Source of the DNA: Trichoplax adhaerens
Lineage: Eukaryota > Animalia > Placozoa
Direction of reading: 5' to 3'
Length of the DNA stretch: 64,000 nucleotides
Assembly: GCF_000150275.1 (NCBI RefSeq)
Contig: NW_002060944.1
Span: forward strand, 6,361,102-6,425,101
The position numbers and the translations under genes were made by a program. A model generated the notes under the pieces. The model made no database searches. It had not been told where the DNA came from and worked only from the letters and a program-made list of their open reading frames with translations. This document shows, one piece after another, positions 50,015 to 64,000 of the stretch; position 1 is the stretch's first letter, and every line of letters starts with the position of its first letter.

Positions 50015-52133
50015 TAGACGTAGTCAATATCGTTATTTTTATACTATCTCATGATACTGTAACTAAGTATTTGGTAAAGCAACTTTTCGTATGATATTGA
50101 TGATAAGGCAGTCTGTAAATTTATAGCGGTTGATTGGTTATGTATATTATGTACATAAGTATAAAAATAGCGCAAGATTTTTACATAATTGAGTTCAGTC
50201 CTTATTACGTGCTGATATTTTAATCATCATTGTATATTGTATAAATATTAAAAATGAACTTTTTAACAATTAGCAACTAATTATAATTGAAAATTATATA
50301 GCGCTCGCGTTATACAACGAGATCAAATACGCGTATATTCGTATACTCTCTGTACTGTATGAGATTATATAGTGTAAACATTTACTATATGTATTTGATA
50401 TAAAGCGGTATCAGAGACATCTTCACTAGTACTTATCGGTTTTTATCTAAGCATATTGCTGCAATACTGTTGTTGCTTCAATTATGATTAATAATAACAT
50501 GTGATCAAGGATTTAGCGAAACTTGCGATATAAATTAAACCTGGGCTAAGATAAACAGATATCGTAGCCGTAGTTATTGGCTCTAATTGACTGTTAACAT
50601 AAGTTGTTGTTTTAACGCATAGAAATATCCTGGCAGGGTTAGCCTATGTGAAAATGAAGTTAATATATTTTTACAGTAATCAGTTATATAGTTCTTTTTA
50701 ATGTTATTGATATTTTATCATTGATCCTTTTTAGATCTTTCAATTGTATAACTCTACAGCTCTATAATCGTACCGAAAAATAGATTAAAATGCTTACTGG
50801 ATTTATTGCTTTGTAGCGCAGTAATTCATTATTCTTAGCAACATTTATGGAAACATACGATGTAATATAGTATTGATTTTATATAATAGGGTTATAAATA
50901 TACTTTAATAAGAAAATGAATGACTGTGATAATATCTAATCCAGAATGAAATCAATATTATTAGTACAGTACGGTTACTGTTTATTGCTATGAATGGCTA
51001 TATGACTGTTCTAGCGTTTTTGTGATTACTTATACTTGTATCTATGAAAGACATGAAGCTGAATGAATATGGACATTTATAAGTTAGTTTTTGTACTATA
51101 TTCGCGACATTTTAACGGTAGGCACTATTAGTAGTTGGCCAATATTGAAGAATGCCATACAGGGTATATTGCAGAGCTGCAATATAAGATTTATCTTATC
51201 TAACTTTCGTTCATGGTCTTGCTTGATATTCCAAAGTCTAGACTTTTATACTCTTTTAACTTGTACCGATCATTCAAGAGTTGCCATCCTTGTGCTAATT
51301 CAATCGATTACTGTACGATCTTTGGTAGAATAAAAATCTGAAGGTTTAATGATAAGCTTTTCGACTTGTGCGATAACTCTAGCCAAGGCATACTAGTATA
51401 GAATCGTATCCAGCTCATTACTTGGTGCCTCAACTAATACTATAGTTAAATTTAGCAAGCTATTTGAGCTGGAGTTTCAGTGCGTTTATACAACTTGCAA
51501 ATGCGTATAATTATTTGCCTATAATGATGGATGCATCCTTGAATCATTTATGCCACCTTTGCAAGTACGATTAAGACTGACTGAATATTGCATGCATTTC
51601 TATTCAAAATGGACCCTATTCGACTATAACCTTGGATATTGTAAAGACAGATGATTCCTTGATACAGACTACTTTCTAAATACTGAATATACCTAACAAT
51701 AAGTTAATGATTACCAAGGAAATCTCATATCTTTTACAAATTGCTAACATGAAGTTGTATATGTATTGAAGGAAACTTTTAAATAATTGTTTATTGAATT
51801 TCCATAAAAAATGCAGGTATTGATAGTCAATTCAATTTTTACTTTCGATGCTATTAAGATATTCAGTTTGATAGCACCATCTTGGTTATGTGCTAGATGT
51901 ATCTATTTATTTAGCGTCCATATATTGTAAATCAACCTGTAAACACTTTGAAATATATTGTCGAGTCTCTCCTATTTTAAAACAGTCAAGATTCAAGTTG
52001 TAAGGTAAAATCGATTTTTATAAATTGGTTACGATGAGATTGTACACAATATTTGAAAAAGTTACGTAAACTCTATCATAGATGTTCATAAATCCTTGAT
52101 CTTTTTAGAATAACTACGCTATGTTTCTAATGT

Positions 52134-52350
52134 ATATCCTTCTATACAGTCTTTGAGTTAGTCCATTGTGCTCATTCGCTAGGGGTCTAAGTTCTCCCTA
52201 CCGTGGACCCATCTAGTCGTGTTGCTGTAGAAAAAAACCCTTGGGAAGCAGCCATGATCATGAATTCGAATAGACTACCATAGCAGCATATTATACGAAT
52301 AGGAAGGAAAGAAATAATATCCTTCTACACAATCTTTGACTTAGTCCATT
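52134..52350. repeat. 34-bp imperfect direct repeat x2 (31/34), 183 bp apart
   Basis: atatccttctatacagtctttgagttagtccatt (52134-52167) versus atatccttctacacaatctttgacttagtccatt (52317-52350). Confidence 0.85.
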
Positions 52351-53793
52351 ATGAATAATTAATTCATGAATTTATTAGCAAGCAGCTCCAGTTCTTCCTG
52401 TTTGTGGACGTTGTTGATGAATGAAAGCTGTCTTCATTTTCTTTTCTATACTGTACTATAGCGATTTTCACATGTTTTAGACATACCATTGAAAATACTA
52501 TCAGCAATTGTTTAAGCTATAGTGGATTATTGATGCAGTAGAAAATCAATTTGAGACTTTGGTTATTTTAGCGTCCACCACTGATGCCTTTCGTCCATCC
52601 AATCCTCTCTCTATCGAAGGAATGATAGCCAAAGTGTTGTATGATAGTATGCATAGCCAGTTAATGGATATCCTCTTCTCCATTTGAAACGTAAGTTTCT
52701 TCTTCAATCTTCTGATTAGAAGAGTAGAGTACAAGAGCGATGCCATTCCTAATGGACAGGCTCGTCGATGGATCAATTTGTCCTGCCATCTTGACTTTTT
52801 TTATTTTTTTATTTTGCTTGCCAATGGAGAACTATTCAGATGTGATCTGAAAGTTATTGAAGCATTTCCTTCGTTGACTCCAACTTCATCATGTGAATTC
52901 ACTTGTTTTGATGTATTCTATTCCTTTCATCTTATTAACAGCATATAGACACGATCGAAATTGTACTATAATTAATTACATTTTTATTCCTGCGTTGACA
53001 TATTTCTATTTTCTTCCCCTCAATAAGGCCGCTTGCTAAGCGATACTGCCCATGATATAGTTACGCTAACAGTAGTAGGTGTACAGTCGATTCTTTATAA
53101 GCTGAGATACGTTAGCAGTCATGCCTTAATTAATGGTAGCAATTATTTGTCAATTACAACTCTCTACTTCAATTTTCTTTCTCCTCTTTTATTTCTCAAT
53201 TAGATTTTCCCGGAAGAAACGACACACTGACTCTGCCATCTTCCTTCCTTGATAGTCTTCTACTTGCAACTGATAGAAGAATCATCATTGTAGAATATTT
53301 AAATATAGTCTCTATTGAAATTGATACAATACAGACTGATTGCGCCATATTTAATGTTGGCATAATTTGACAAGAAGAAAGATTCACAAATTTCTCTCCC
53401 ATTTCCATAATACCAACAAGAAGAAAGAAGTTAATTAAGTTATTCCGGTTGGAAAACGACGTCAAGACGTTTCTTTCTGTCATTAAATACAATCTTGATT
53501 GAAAGATTGTTAATTAAAGAGTGAAACAAGAAAAAGACAACGTCTATTGAATGAACACTCTGGTCTTATTTGCTTTTCTTATTGACAGCAATTGGCTAGC
53601 CTAGAGGATGACGGAACGATGAAGTAGTAGAATCGTGGACAGAAGACTGTATTGAAATGAATTGCATCAAAGTATATTAATTTATAGCATTGAACAGCGT
53701 CTATTAGATAGTATTGGCGTTAGTCAAGTTCACCATCAGCCTTGAACGATAAACCGTCATTTGAAGGAACGATCTAATTATTTGTCTTCAAGG

Positions 53794-54450
53794 ATGGCTC
53801 TCTTTGGCCTCCATCAATTATTTTTACCAACTGTACAAACGTCCTATCGTTTAATCTACTTTTACATTGTTGTTGCTGTTATTGCAGCCATCATGTTGGG
53901 CCATGATGTCCATGTTACAGCTCAAAGTAAAGGAGTTTATGTCCTTGACCAGCAGAGCCTTGATAATCCGCCTCGAAAGTATTGCACTTACTTTAATAAT
54001 AGGCTTGCTAAACGACAACCTCAATTAACAAATTGTCCTTGGTTTCAAGAAAATGCCTGCTGTACACAGCCTGAAGTCGATCTAATCTTTGCTGATAGAC
54101 CATTACCTCTAAATCTACCACCTGAATGTAGCCGTTTATTTGATCAACTGATGTGCTATATATGCTCACCGGATCAACACTTATTTTATAATCAAACTCG
54201 TCAGACATTAACTGTATGCTTAGATTTTTGCAACCAAATCTATTCAGTTTGTCAAGATGCTCTCTGGAAAGGATTACCTATCAAGCATTGGTATCGATCG
54301 GGTGATGAATTTTGCCGTGCTCGTCGTTATGATGTTGCAACGCATCATTGTATGAATGTTACCGAGATTATAGTCAGCAGCGCAATCTCAAATCATTATT
54401 GCCTTTCGATCATCCTTGCAATGTTATGGGGCCTACTTTATTTGTTATAG
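53794..54450 (+). CDS. Folate receptor / riboflavin-binding family cysteine-rich protein, probably secreted and GPI-anchored; single exon
   Basis: N-terminal hydrophobic segment, Cys pattern CPWFQENACC...C...LMCYICSP...VCLDFCNQIYSVC...FC...C characteristic of the Folate_rec fold, and a hydrophobic C-terminal tail. First ATG at 53794; the exact start is uncertain. Confidence 0.75.
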   Translation: MALFGLHQLFLPTVQTSYRLIYFYIVVAVIAAIMLGHDVHVTAQSKGVYVLDQQSLDNPPRKYCTYFNNRLAKRQPQLTNCPWFQENACCTQPEVDLIFADRPLPLNLPPECSRLFDQLMCYICSPDQHLFYNQTRQTLTVCLDFCNQIYSVCQDALWKGLPIKHWYRSGDEFCRARRYDVATHHCMNVTEIIVSSAISNHYCLSIILAMLWGLLYLL

Positions 54451-57131
54451 AGATGGAAAAAATGATTGTACAACATTTATCAACTCACTTTGGACAATTA
54501 GTAACAGAGTTAGCTTGTAAAAGCATCAATCTAAACAGTACTACTCGTATGAGATTGATAGCATTGGTTTTATACTCTTACGCGTATGGAAGAAATCATA
54601 CACATCCTTTTGTGGTTCAAAGCGGCATTATCCGCTATATCAATCAAAAATTAAACTTCATTTTAAGAATAAATATCACAGCAATAGGGTAATTAAGAAT
54701 GAGATTTTATTTAACTGCAACTGATGATTACTACTGCATCACTACGGCCCAGAAATGATTATACAAGCTTATATCAATCGTACGATTCATTTAAAATGGA
54801 TATTTGATTTATTAAATTTCATACACATGCACGGCTATAGATAGATATGATTCAAGACAGATCGATTGAGATAAAGTATGGCTATCATAAATGCCTCTAT
54901 ATACTCGTATTGATGAAATTGCCAGATGGACAACGCGTTAACATTCAATTCGTCGATGAATTTAGGATGGCAAAATTCAAACTACAAAGCATTCCGTTGT
55001 TAAATTATCTCGATTAAGACACATTGATCGTATCATCAATATGGAATAAATTGTAATATTTATAAAATGATACTACTAAAAGTATATAGAGATTATCTCA
55101 ACAGTTAATTTTCACCTATTTGTTTACAACTACAATCGTTAATATAATTTTGAAAACACATTAATCATGCTCTTACTCTAAATTATTTAATGATAACTTA
55201 CCTGATGCCAGTATAGCGTTATAAAATCAACTAAATATGGCCTAATTTATTTGATGGAAATAATTACTGTTATAAGTAGCAATTACATTAAGTATTCTTT
55301 TATCAAAATTTCAATTATTTAAATTATTCGTCTACCCACCCTCAAATTTTTTAATCTACCGTTACAGCTAGGCAAAAAAAATAATTTTAATTGCCTAATT
55401 CTATTTGACGACACTTCTTATAGTAGGCCGGCCTATCCTTATTTAATTTTACTACCGAAAGTTTATCTTGCAATTCCTTGGTAGACAAAGGAACGATTCC
55501 ATATATAGCAATTTTAATTGTGATTAATAGAGGTTATCAGCAATAACAGTTAATGTGTTATTTGTTTCGATAAAGTAAAATAAACTAAATCCGTTTTGTC
55601 GTGATCATATAGAAAAAAGGCAATGGAAATAAAAATTTTTAAAGACTAATAAGGCAATTATTCGTGATCGTGGCGACTCTGGAAAGTTAATTACTGTATA
55701 CGCCAGGATATATATAGTAAGACTGCCATATTCTATAATCCGTTAAGAATTACCTGGCTAAAATAAAGTACAGTAAAATTTGTGGGTATCTCATTCGGAG
55801 CGCAGTCTTCGGGCATACATCTGCAGAGCAAATAAATGTGCATCATTTGACGTTATTGTTGTTAAGAGTGAATCAAGATTGAAACTTAAATAAAACCTTT
55901 ACATTATCTAATCGATGACTTTCGATTAAAATGTGTATGCATGGACTTACAACCTCGATGGGCACACCTTTTAGGTCACCTTGTAATCGCTATCTGCTCG
56001 ACTTAGCAATAAAATCTTGATATAGGAATAAGAAAGGTCATGTCGTAGAATCAGGACTACTGTATAAGACAGTTTCGTATTTCAAATTTTCATATTGCTG
56101 TCTTTAGCCAATCTCCTTTATAACTTACTATTGTGACCCTAAATTACTTAATTTTACTGACAATATTTCTGTTGCCTAAAATAATTGCTGATCATATTGT
56201 AATTGATGCATACGAAAAGAATGTTAGTTAGCATGTAGCAGTATAAAATATTTGTGATATCGAACTTTAGTAGCTGTGCATTGTGCATATACAAGTAATG
56301 GACTAATTTTAGGTATAAGCAGTGTAGACTTTACGCACCGCGATTAGTATTCAATAAACACAACAAAAATTATTCAGTTATATCCATATAGAAAGAGTAG
56401 AATGGCTTTAATAAAAAAATAATTACATATTATTTTCATACATATATTGTACATGTTAAATAATTTATCTCTTGATTATCTACTCATGCTATGTTTTTAT
56501 TTTGCCTGAGATGAATACTGCGACATTCTTGATCCCTCTTACCTGCTATTATACGAGTAACAGTCATGGCGAGTTCAATAAAATTGTACACCAGCACAAT
56601 AAAACATGAATTAATGTTTTCGAGATAATTACTTTTATTATTAAAAATGCTGCCGTTACAGCGATGATGTCATTACATAACTATACTCGCATACAATTGT
56701 AATATCTGCAAATTTAAAATATTTTTTGGATTTTTATCCTATCAGACTGCAATCTCTTAAGAATTTCAACGCATCATTTCATTGAGACTTCTTTCGAAAA
56801 TGATATATATTTTGTAATATTGATATTAGCTGTGGTTTAACTTATTCATTGATCGTATATTCATACGCAATCGTTGGTAAATAACTTAAAATAATCTGTG
56901 GACCAATCATTCAATGAAATTATTCATTTCATTTAGAAAAATCCCTTTCGTTAATTCTATTAATTAGTTTTATAATGATAAAGATAGTGCTTTAAATATT
57001 AATAAAATGATCGTTGGTATTATCATAGTACTTATAATAAAGTAGACGTAGTCGTCAATTTTGATTGTATCACTATCATTATTGAATCAGCCAATATGAC
57101 ATACACTATATTTCAGTAGTTGCATAGCAGT

Positions 57132-60100
57132 TCACTTTGGGCGATATTGTGCCTTTAAGACCCAAACACCTTCGCCATGAGTCATAGATCGAAAAGTACA
57201 CATTTCATTTAACATAGCACGAAAAGCAGCATTATCGGTATTTCTCAATTTTGATTGAAATTTATTTATAATAGCCCGGCTAGTTGCTTGTGTGTTGGGT
57301 TTTCCAGCAATAAAATCGCGTAATTCCAACAAGATTTTATTTCTAGCTCCATCTAGCACAACTCCATCAACATCATTATTATTTGATGTATTATTTCCCG
57401 ATGGAGATGAAAACATATTCCTAGTTCGCATTTGCGTTAATAGATCTTTGGAAGACATCACTTCAGAGGCATTTTTTGCCTTCCCACTAAAATGCTGATT
57501 TTGTTCTTGTTCCACTCCCTATTAACAGAAAGGTAATATTGGTTATAAGTGTATGTAGCAATTCTAGATCAAGACCCATTTGATAACTTATCAAACGATA
57601 TAAGAAAAAGCGCTATCACTAATTTATATGGATGACTAACGCTAGCCTACCTGTTTTGTTTTTGAATGTGAAACTGAGGATTTACCAAACTTTGGCCTAG
57701 CAATATTACAATAATTGAACAATAATAAGATAACGTTATTATTAGATTTTCAAGATAATTAGTTTAGTCAAGATATTAGATTTAAAAGATAAACAAATAA
57801 ACAACTTGGCCATTGGGGCTCCACCAATTCCTGATTTGCCCGTCCATGTTGGTATACCAATAGAATATTTCTTGCATTCTTGACTTGAATTTGTTAAAAC
57901 CTTCTTAGCAATCTCTGCCACACGCTTGGCTTCACTTTCCACCAAAGAATAATCTTGGTTAGACGAATCTACAATTTTATCATGTTTCATTGCGCTTTGT
58001 ACGCCTTTGAAAGCACAGAATAGAAGATACAATTTAAATATATATGCGCTCCATCGTTAAATACAAGTAATGCACTACAATATATCGATGATTAGTATTA
58101 TTAGCTAATCATTTACCAGCTTTCTTGAACAGAGCTCCTAGTACGTAATCGTCTGAATTGCCCGTTTTTCCGGTTTTGGCATCAAGCGATGACGAATGAT
58201 AGCTATCTTCTTTATCTACATAATCTACCCTAGTTCCCTCAATACCTGTAAAGTAGAGTGTCAGACTAAGTAAATGCACAAACTGTATAATATTCTAGAT
58301 ATACACGTGTACTGATGATTACGGAGTTGCCTTAATTGATTACTAATGTACACATATTTATATCAGCGCGAAGAATTTAATATCAATTACTGCCATCTAC
58401 GTCTATGCGCATCATAAAGAAAGAGCGATTTATTTGTAATGGAAAAGGAGGTAGTAAACTACCAAATTTACTCAAGTAACATTATACTATATCTTAAAGT
58501 ACGAATTAATTGTCTTCTGCTTAGATCTGATGTGATGTAAGAAGTAAGGCATTTTATTAATTTGAAATATAATAATTTACGTTTTCCACGGCTTGATTTC
58601 TTCGATTTTTTTCTTGAACTTTTACGTGCTAGACGATATTTTTTAATCTTATTATGTAAGTCAATCTCAGAACCAGTTCCAGCAAATATCGCACTCGTTT
58701 CGTTATTATCAGTGGAATCTAATGAAAACAGCTCATATAAATCGTTCGATTTGAAGAAACGTCGCTGCTTTGGATTTTTTAAGATTCGATTGGTAAGAAA
58801 TTCTTTAAAGACTTGCCTAAGGAATTAATAACCATTAACTTAAATATTGATTAATTCGATCATGTCTTCTCTATTTACTTGGTAACTTTACCATACATGA
58901 CGAATTTCAGTGATAGTTACCGATGATATATCTTTTCTTCTATCGTTCCCGATGTTAAAAAGCGATAAATTGTGACCTCTTTTGTTTGTCCAACTCTCCA
59001 AGCTCGTTCCCTAGCTTGCATATCAGTACTAGGATTCCAATCTGGATCGAAAATCACTACCCTGTCTGCTCCAGTTAAATTGAGACCAAGACCTCCCACA
59101 CGCGTTGTCAATATGAAGATAAATATGGCATTGTTCTGTATATTGATAACAATTCTTCCGTTAGTTAATCTACTCACGTCATTAGTTACCGATACAATAA
59201 TATCCAAGTACCCTGTTGAATAATTTCACTAGCGATTGTCTACTAGAGATGTTGGTTGTGCCATCCATACGCATATAAGGGTAGTTCTCAGATTTTACAA
59301 ACTTTTCTAGGATATTTGCCATCTATTATAAAATACAAGACAATTGTACCTATTACTTAACACAAATGAAGGTATTCCGACAAGATAGCTACTACATAAA
59401 ATAATACACAATAAAAGCTAATTGTAGTGAAAAGCAACCTGACGCGTTTGAGTAAATAACAATACACGATGCTTATTTTCTCTCCATAGTGATAGCAGCG
59501 TTTTCAGTGCAATCATCTTCCCAGATAATAGCCAATGTCCATCAGATCGAATAATTTCGCTATCCACGTTAACCTTTGCTACACGTGGTACGGAAATATT
59601 TGTAAGATGAGGATGATTACAAATTTTGCGTAGGGTAATGAGACCGCCAAAAGCCTGGTAGTATAAATAAGAAATAGACACGTAAATTTAGCTACAGCTT
59701 TAAATACTATCTATACTTTAGAATTAACAGAAAAACTAACATGATTTCGTCCATCGATGATTCCTGCTACTTCATCAGATTTTAGATATTGCTGATAAAC
59801 GCATCGCTGAAAATCCGTTAATCGACAAAATAATACCTAGACGCAAACCAGACAGTTGCTGTATCGTTAGACGCTAATAAGGTCAGTCATAATCTCTCTT
59901 TAACTTTAGAACATTTAATTAGCATACATGTTCATTTTTAGGGGGAAGATGCAAACAGTCTTTCTGTACTCCTGCTTTAGTACGGCGCAATAAATATGGA
60001 TTGATGGTATCGCGTAAAACGCAAGCACATTTATAAGCAGTTTGGACCTATTAACAGGAAAAGAGTTAGCTGATTGAGACTTTAAGCCATCTTCTTAATT

Positions 60101-63100
60101 TTATTTTGTGACAAATCATAACCTGTACTTCAGTGGCGTTAGCATAACCTCCCATTGTGATTGGGACAGAAAATTGCTCCATAAATACTGGTAATGTGCC
60201 AAGTTTACCAGGAAAAACGAAATCGAATAATGACCATAGATCACGTAGATTATTTTGCATAGGGGTACCGGTAAGAATGACTCGATGTGGTGTTCTAACC
60301 TATTTCAACATTTAAAATGTTTGTATAAAAGAGTTATTAACTCGAAGAATTGTAAAAGAATTGGATACTGCCTTTATCGCATCTAGAAAATTGAAATCAA
60401 TTTTAAGTTTAACAAGCCTGTTTTATTGCTATTGTGATTTCTGCATCAGGATTACGAATTTTATGTCCTTCATCGAGAAATACATATTCCCAAGGCTTTT
60501 GAGCAAGGAGGGTCTGGTATATGCGAACATGACTGTAGGTTGTAATTAAGATGCCTCTCGAATAGACTATGTCTTTGACTAACGACTCCTAATGTATTAA
60601 AAAATAAGACATCAAATTAAATATTGTACAGTGTACTACAGAATTATATCGCTATAGTTACCGTAAGTAAGTTACAGTAACTTACTAATGAGCCAGCATA
60701 AGAGCCAGTCTCATGAAATATAGCTATTCTAAATGGCGGCCACCATTTATGAAATTCTGCAACCCATTGTTCAAGAACTGTCGCCGGACATACAATTAGT
60801 ACTGGCCCTAATCCAGTATACCTTAATAACAGAAATAAAATCGATAAAATAATCTATCAACTCTGTCGTCTTACAGTACGTAACAAATTGACTGCTAGAC
60901 TCTAGTTGGCTTACTTTCCATGGCGTTGGGGTAATTTACTATATTTTAGAGCAGCCAAAAAAGCAATAACCTGTATGGTTTTGCCTAAACCCATTTCATC
61001 CCCAATTATTCCACCAGCGTCTTGTCTATGTAGTTCCCACATCCAACGGACACCGTCTTGCTGATATCTTTTAGATTAATTCAGATTTGTATTTTAGTTA
61101 CAGGTACTAAAATTGTATCCTTCATTAAAAACATAAACACATAAGTAATTTTAATGGCTAATATACTTGAACAATTTTTTCCAGATGCCACCAGGTACGG
61201 ACAGACCACCATCTAAAACCATATCGTAAGCATTGTCGAAACAATTTATGAATGAACTATAATCACTCTTGCTAGTAATTTGACCGACATCATTGCCTTC
61301 CACAGCATCTAGAAGTTGGTTATAAGCCTGAAAGCGTTCTTTATATAACCTATTATTATTATTTAGGGGTACCGGTAATGTAAGTTTTAGATGATATAAG
61401 TACTCGTATATAAATAAAGTTCACATGTCAGCTATTCATTGAATTACAGTTAGTACGTATTCTCAAACATACCTTATTCGAGTTCGATAGACATCCTTGT
61501 AGGCATCATCGATACATTTATCTTGTGTAGATATAATTCGCTTTCTGCTTAGCTGATGTAGTGATATAGGTTCATCTTGGTATTGTTTGTCTTTCGTATC
61601 CATTTTATTCTTTTTATCATTTTTAATGGGTGTACAAGTGCCGGAACGTTTTTCCTTACGGCGGCGCTTTTTGTTTTCATCGCTATCATAGAAGCTATCC
61701 AAGCATATAAAAAAATGTAAGCGTTAGCTACCGCTTGCTATTAGTAAAGTGTTACTACCTAGATATAAAATTAAACGTAATTTTTATATACCTGTCTGCT
61801 AACTCTTTACTATTAGGTACATATTCATCGCTATCGGCTCCTTGATCCTCAAAATCCGAACCGCTAGTATCCCTTAAACTACGAGAACGATCTATCTTTG
61901 TAATCTTATTCTTTTTACGCTTTTTTGATAAGGCACTTGGTAGTTCCTTATCGATCTCATTTTTATCGGGTACATTATTAGAAGAGTCTGGTTCAATTAT
62001 GACTTGACTTTGATCGGCAGTATTATTTGTAGAATTTATATCGAAATCACCGTCGTCTAGCCAATTCTTGTAAAAGGTATCATTGAGGGACATATCATCG
62101 CCAAGCTCACCCAATACCGTTTCGATCATTTCATCGGAAACAGATACATCATCACTTGTAAATTTCTCATCAGGTATAGTATAAGACAAGGTTTGTTCAC
62201 GTTGTTTTTGTAATAACTCTAATTTGTTATTAACGTCATTGCTAGAATCTCCTACGAGAGGTATAGTATAAAAATTGATAAAGTTCGGATTATTTTTCTT
62301 TCGAAGTTAATTTAATAGACTATGATGAGTATTATATCAGGCTAAATTCTACAATATAGCATAAAATCTGATCATCATCGAATGGAGCAGTAATGATAAT
62401 TAACCAAAAAAGTGCAAGTAGCATAGCATGCAACAGCATCTATCAATTTCTATAACGATTTGCGAGCAATTCGTATCATACTATAGCAAATTAATTCTAT
62501 AATTAATATAAACAATTGTTAAAACGGTTTCTTGGAAAGTTCTATTTGACATTATGTAAAGTAGAATCGTGGTGCTGTCAGCACATGCTAAATACAGTAT
62601 GGACTAACCGCTACATTCGTCGTTTAAAGTATTGCTGCTTTCAGTGTTTTCTTTCTCCAGTACAGACAATTTTTCATTTAATTCATTCTCTTGATTTCTT
62701 AAATTTTCAAGCTAAAGTATGAATGCAGTAAAGGGCATATAAAATATTAAAGGAAAACTTACACACAGTATAATACACTTACACTTATTTATAAACGTTT
62801 ATATATGCATGTAATATCTACGTCCGAGAAGCATCATATGTTGTATTTCAATAGATGATTTTGATTCTCATCATATATCGATACGATACTTTAATTAAAC
62901 AACGTTTTATTATTATGTATTCAATCTTACCGTCGACATTACGTTGGATCTTACATGTTCATCTTTAACCGTCGCTAGTTGCTGATGGCGTTTCCTTATG
63001 ATTAATCACAATTGGATTAGAATTTCTCGACTAACATTTGCAATATTATAGTGGTGACAATATGACTAGGTAGGTATTACAAGTAACAAACACTATAAGA

Positions 63101-63749
63101 AATCTTATTTCTCGAATCCCTGTATTGATACATTCTGTTTTAAGGATGATCTAAGTCAAATAAAAAAAGTGTCCTCTCTTTCGTATTACCAATATAGCCA
63201 ATTCCTAAAACTCCCGTTATAACATGATTAATACTATCCTGTCGAAATGTTCCTGTCTGAACTGTATTTGATCTATCACAAGCAAGAGATTGAATTTAAA
63301 GCTAGTTACCTTTAATTCTGTCTATTACTATCATGCGTGTAGATTGATATTCATGAAGTTTTCTAAGTATCTGTACATCCTCTATTAGATCGATAGAGCT
63401 ATTATTACGAAGAATTATAATTACATTATTGCGGGTGTAGATGCTATAGGGGCATGTAATATACAATCTATTGCATGGGTTACCTCATCGTTTCTTGAAG
63501 AATTTGCAATTGAGATTGGACTTTCTCTTTCTCAGCTAGCACTTCTTCCGCTTTGATTGCTTGTGCAATTTGATTAATAAGATTTTGCTCATAGTCAGAA
63601 TGGTTAAAAACGGTTAAGCCAAGGGCTTTTAGCTGTTGTTGGCCATCAGCATGTGGATTGTCGACTTGTATTGTTGTATCATTTTGGATGATTTCATCGA
63701 TATCTGCCTGATGACTACAGCTTGGTTGCATGTCTTGTTGATGCTCCAT
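57132..63749 (-). CDS. ERCC6: Cockayne syndrome B / SNF2-family transcription-coupled repair ATPase, multi-exon
   Basis: N-terminal [16 protein letters not shown] and an acidic region; [122 protein letters not shown], and a C-terminal winged-helix ending WVLKAQYR. Exons between ~62250 and 63480 are not fully resolved. Confidence 0.95.
60300..60417 (-). other. GC-AG intron in ERCC6
   Basis: Reading [13 protein letters not shown]|VRTPHRVIL without an indel requires donor CAG|GCTTGT at 60417 and acceptor AATAG at 60300; the continuing frame stops two codons later. Confidence 0.65.
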
Positions 63750-64000
63750 GATGAATCTGTCTCTCTCTCCTACTTGTCTATAATTAATTAATTGATGGTG
63801 AGAGTTTTCCAGTTCCAACAGACAGATCCGATGGTCTGCAGGTTGCAATGACAACCGCGATGATGTCAATGTTGCTCAATTCGTCTCCAATTTGAATATT
63901 GAAACTTTCAAAGAATGGATAAATAGACAATCCTCAATTACCAGCAATAGCGATAGCTTACTTATGGAATAGATGCAGCCTTAATGATGAATGAAATCGG

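Noticed and set aside
51090-53500. Coding-like, stop-interrupted stretches on the minus strand (possible pseudogene or decayed element)
   Set aside because: No recognisable domain or consistent splice model by eye; needs tblastx or a profile search.
50013-57053. 13-mer AGTAGACGTAGTC near the RPTOR and ERCC6 stop codons
   Set aside because: Opposite orientation relative to the two transcripts; a single 13-mer pair can arise by chance in 64 kb.
29753-58828. Antisense or alternate-frame ORFs overlapping IQCB1, ATAD5, RPTOR and ERCC6
   Set aside because: Shadow ORFs of the real genes with no independent motifs.
61115-61123. GTATCCTTC U12-like donor
   Set aside because: It lies on the plus strand inside a minus-strand ERCC6 intron, so it is on the wrong strand.
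1-64000. tRNA, rRNA or snRNA genes
   Set aside because: No cloverleaf, T-loop context or recognisable structural RNA found by eye; a tRNAscan-SE/Infernal run would be needed to exclude them.

Overview
AT-rich eukaryotic DNA from a compact, intron-rich animal genome. Gene content, ~70-150 nt introns and composition suggest a non-bilaterian such as a placozoan (Trichoplax-like); this is inference, not verified. Eight protein-coding genes are supported: two tandem, intronless eh1 + 5xC2H2 zinc-finger paralogues (minus strand), PCYT2 (18 exons, one candidate U12-type intron), an intronless IQCB1/NPHP5, ATAD5/ELG1 head-to-head with RPTOR, an intronless folate-receptor-fold surface protein, and ERCC6/CSB (one GC-AG intron). 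No tRNA, rRNA or CRISPR array was seen. The most striking unexplained signal is a set of dense TA-(CAG|CTG)-TA arrays concentrated in upstream regions. Their unit is identical to the canonical Tc1/mariner excision footprint. One array holds a 58-bp TA-flanked element with perfect 18-bp inverted ends (CTG...CAG). A 168-bp near-perfect foldback is also present, with a dispersed partial copy. Splice junctions were read by eye and should be confirmed with RNA-seq.
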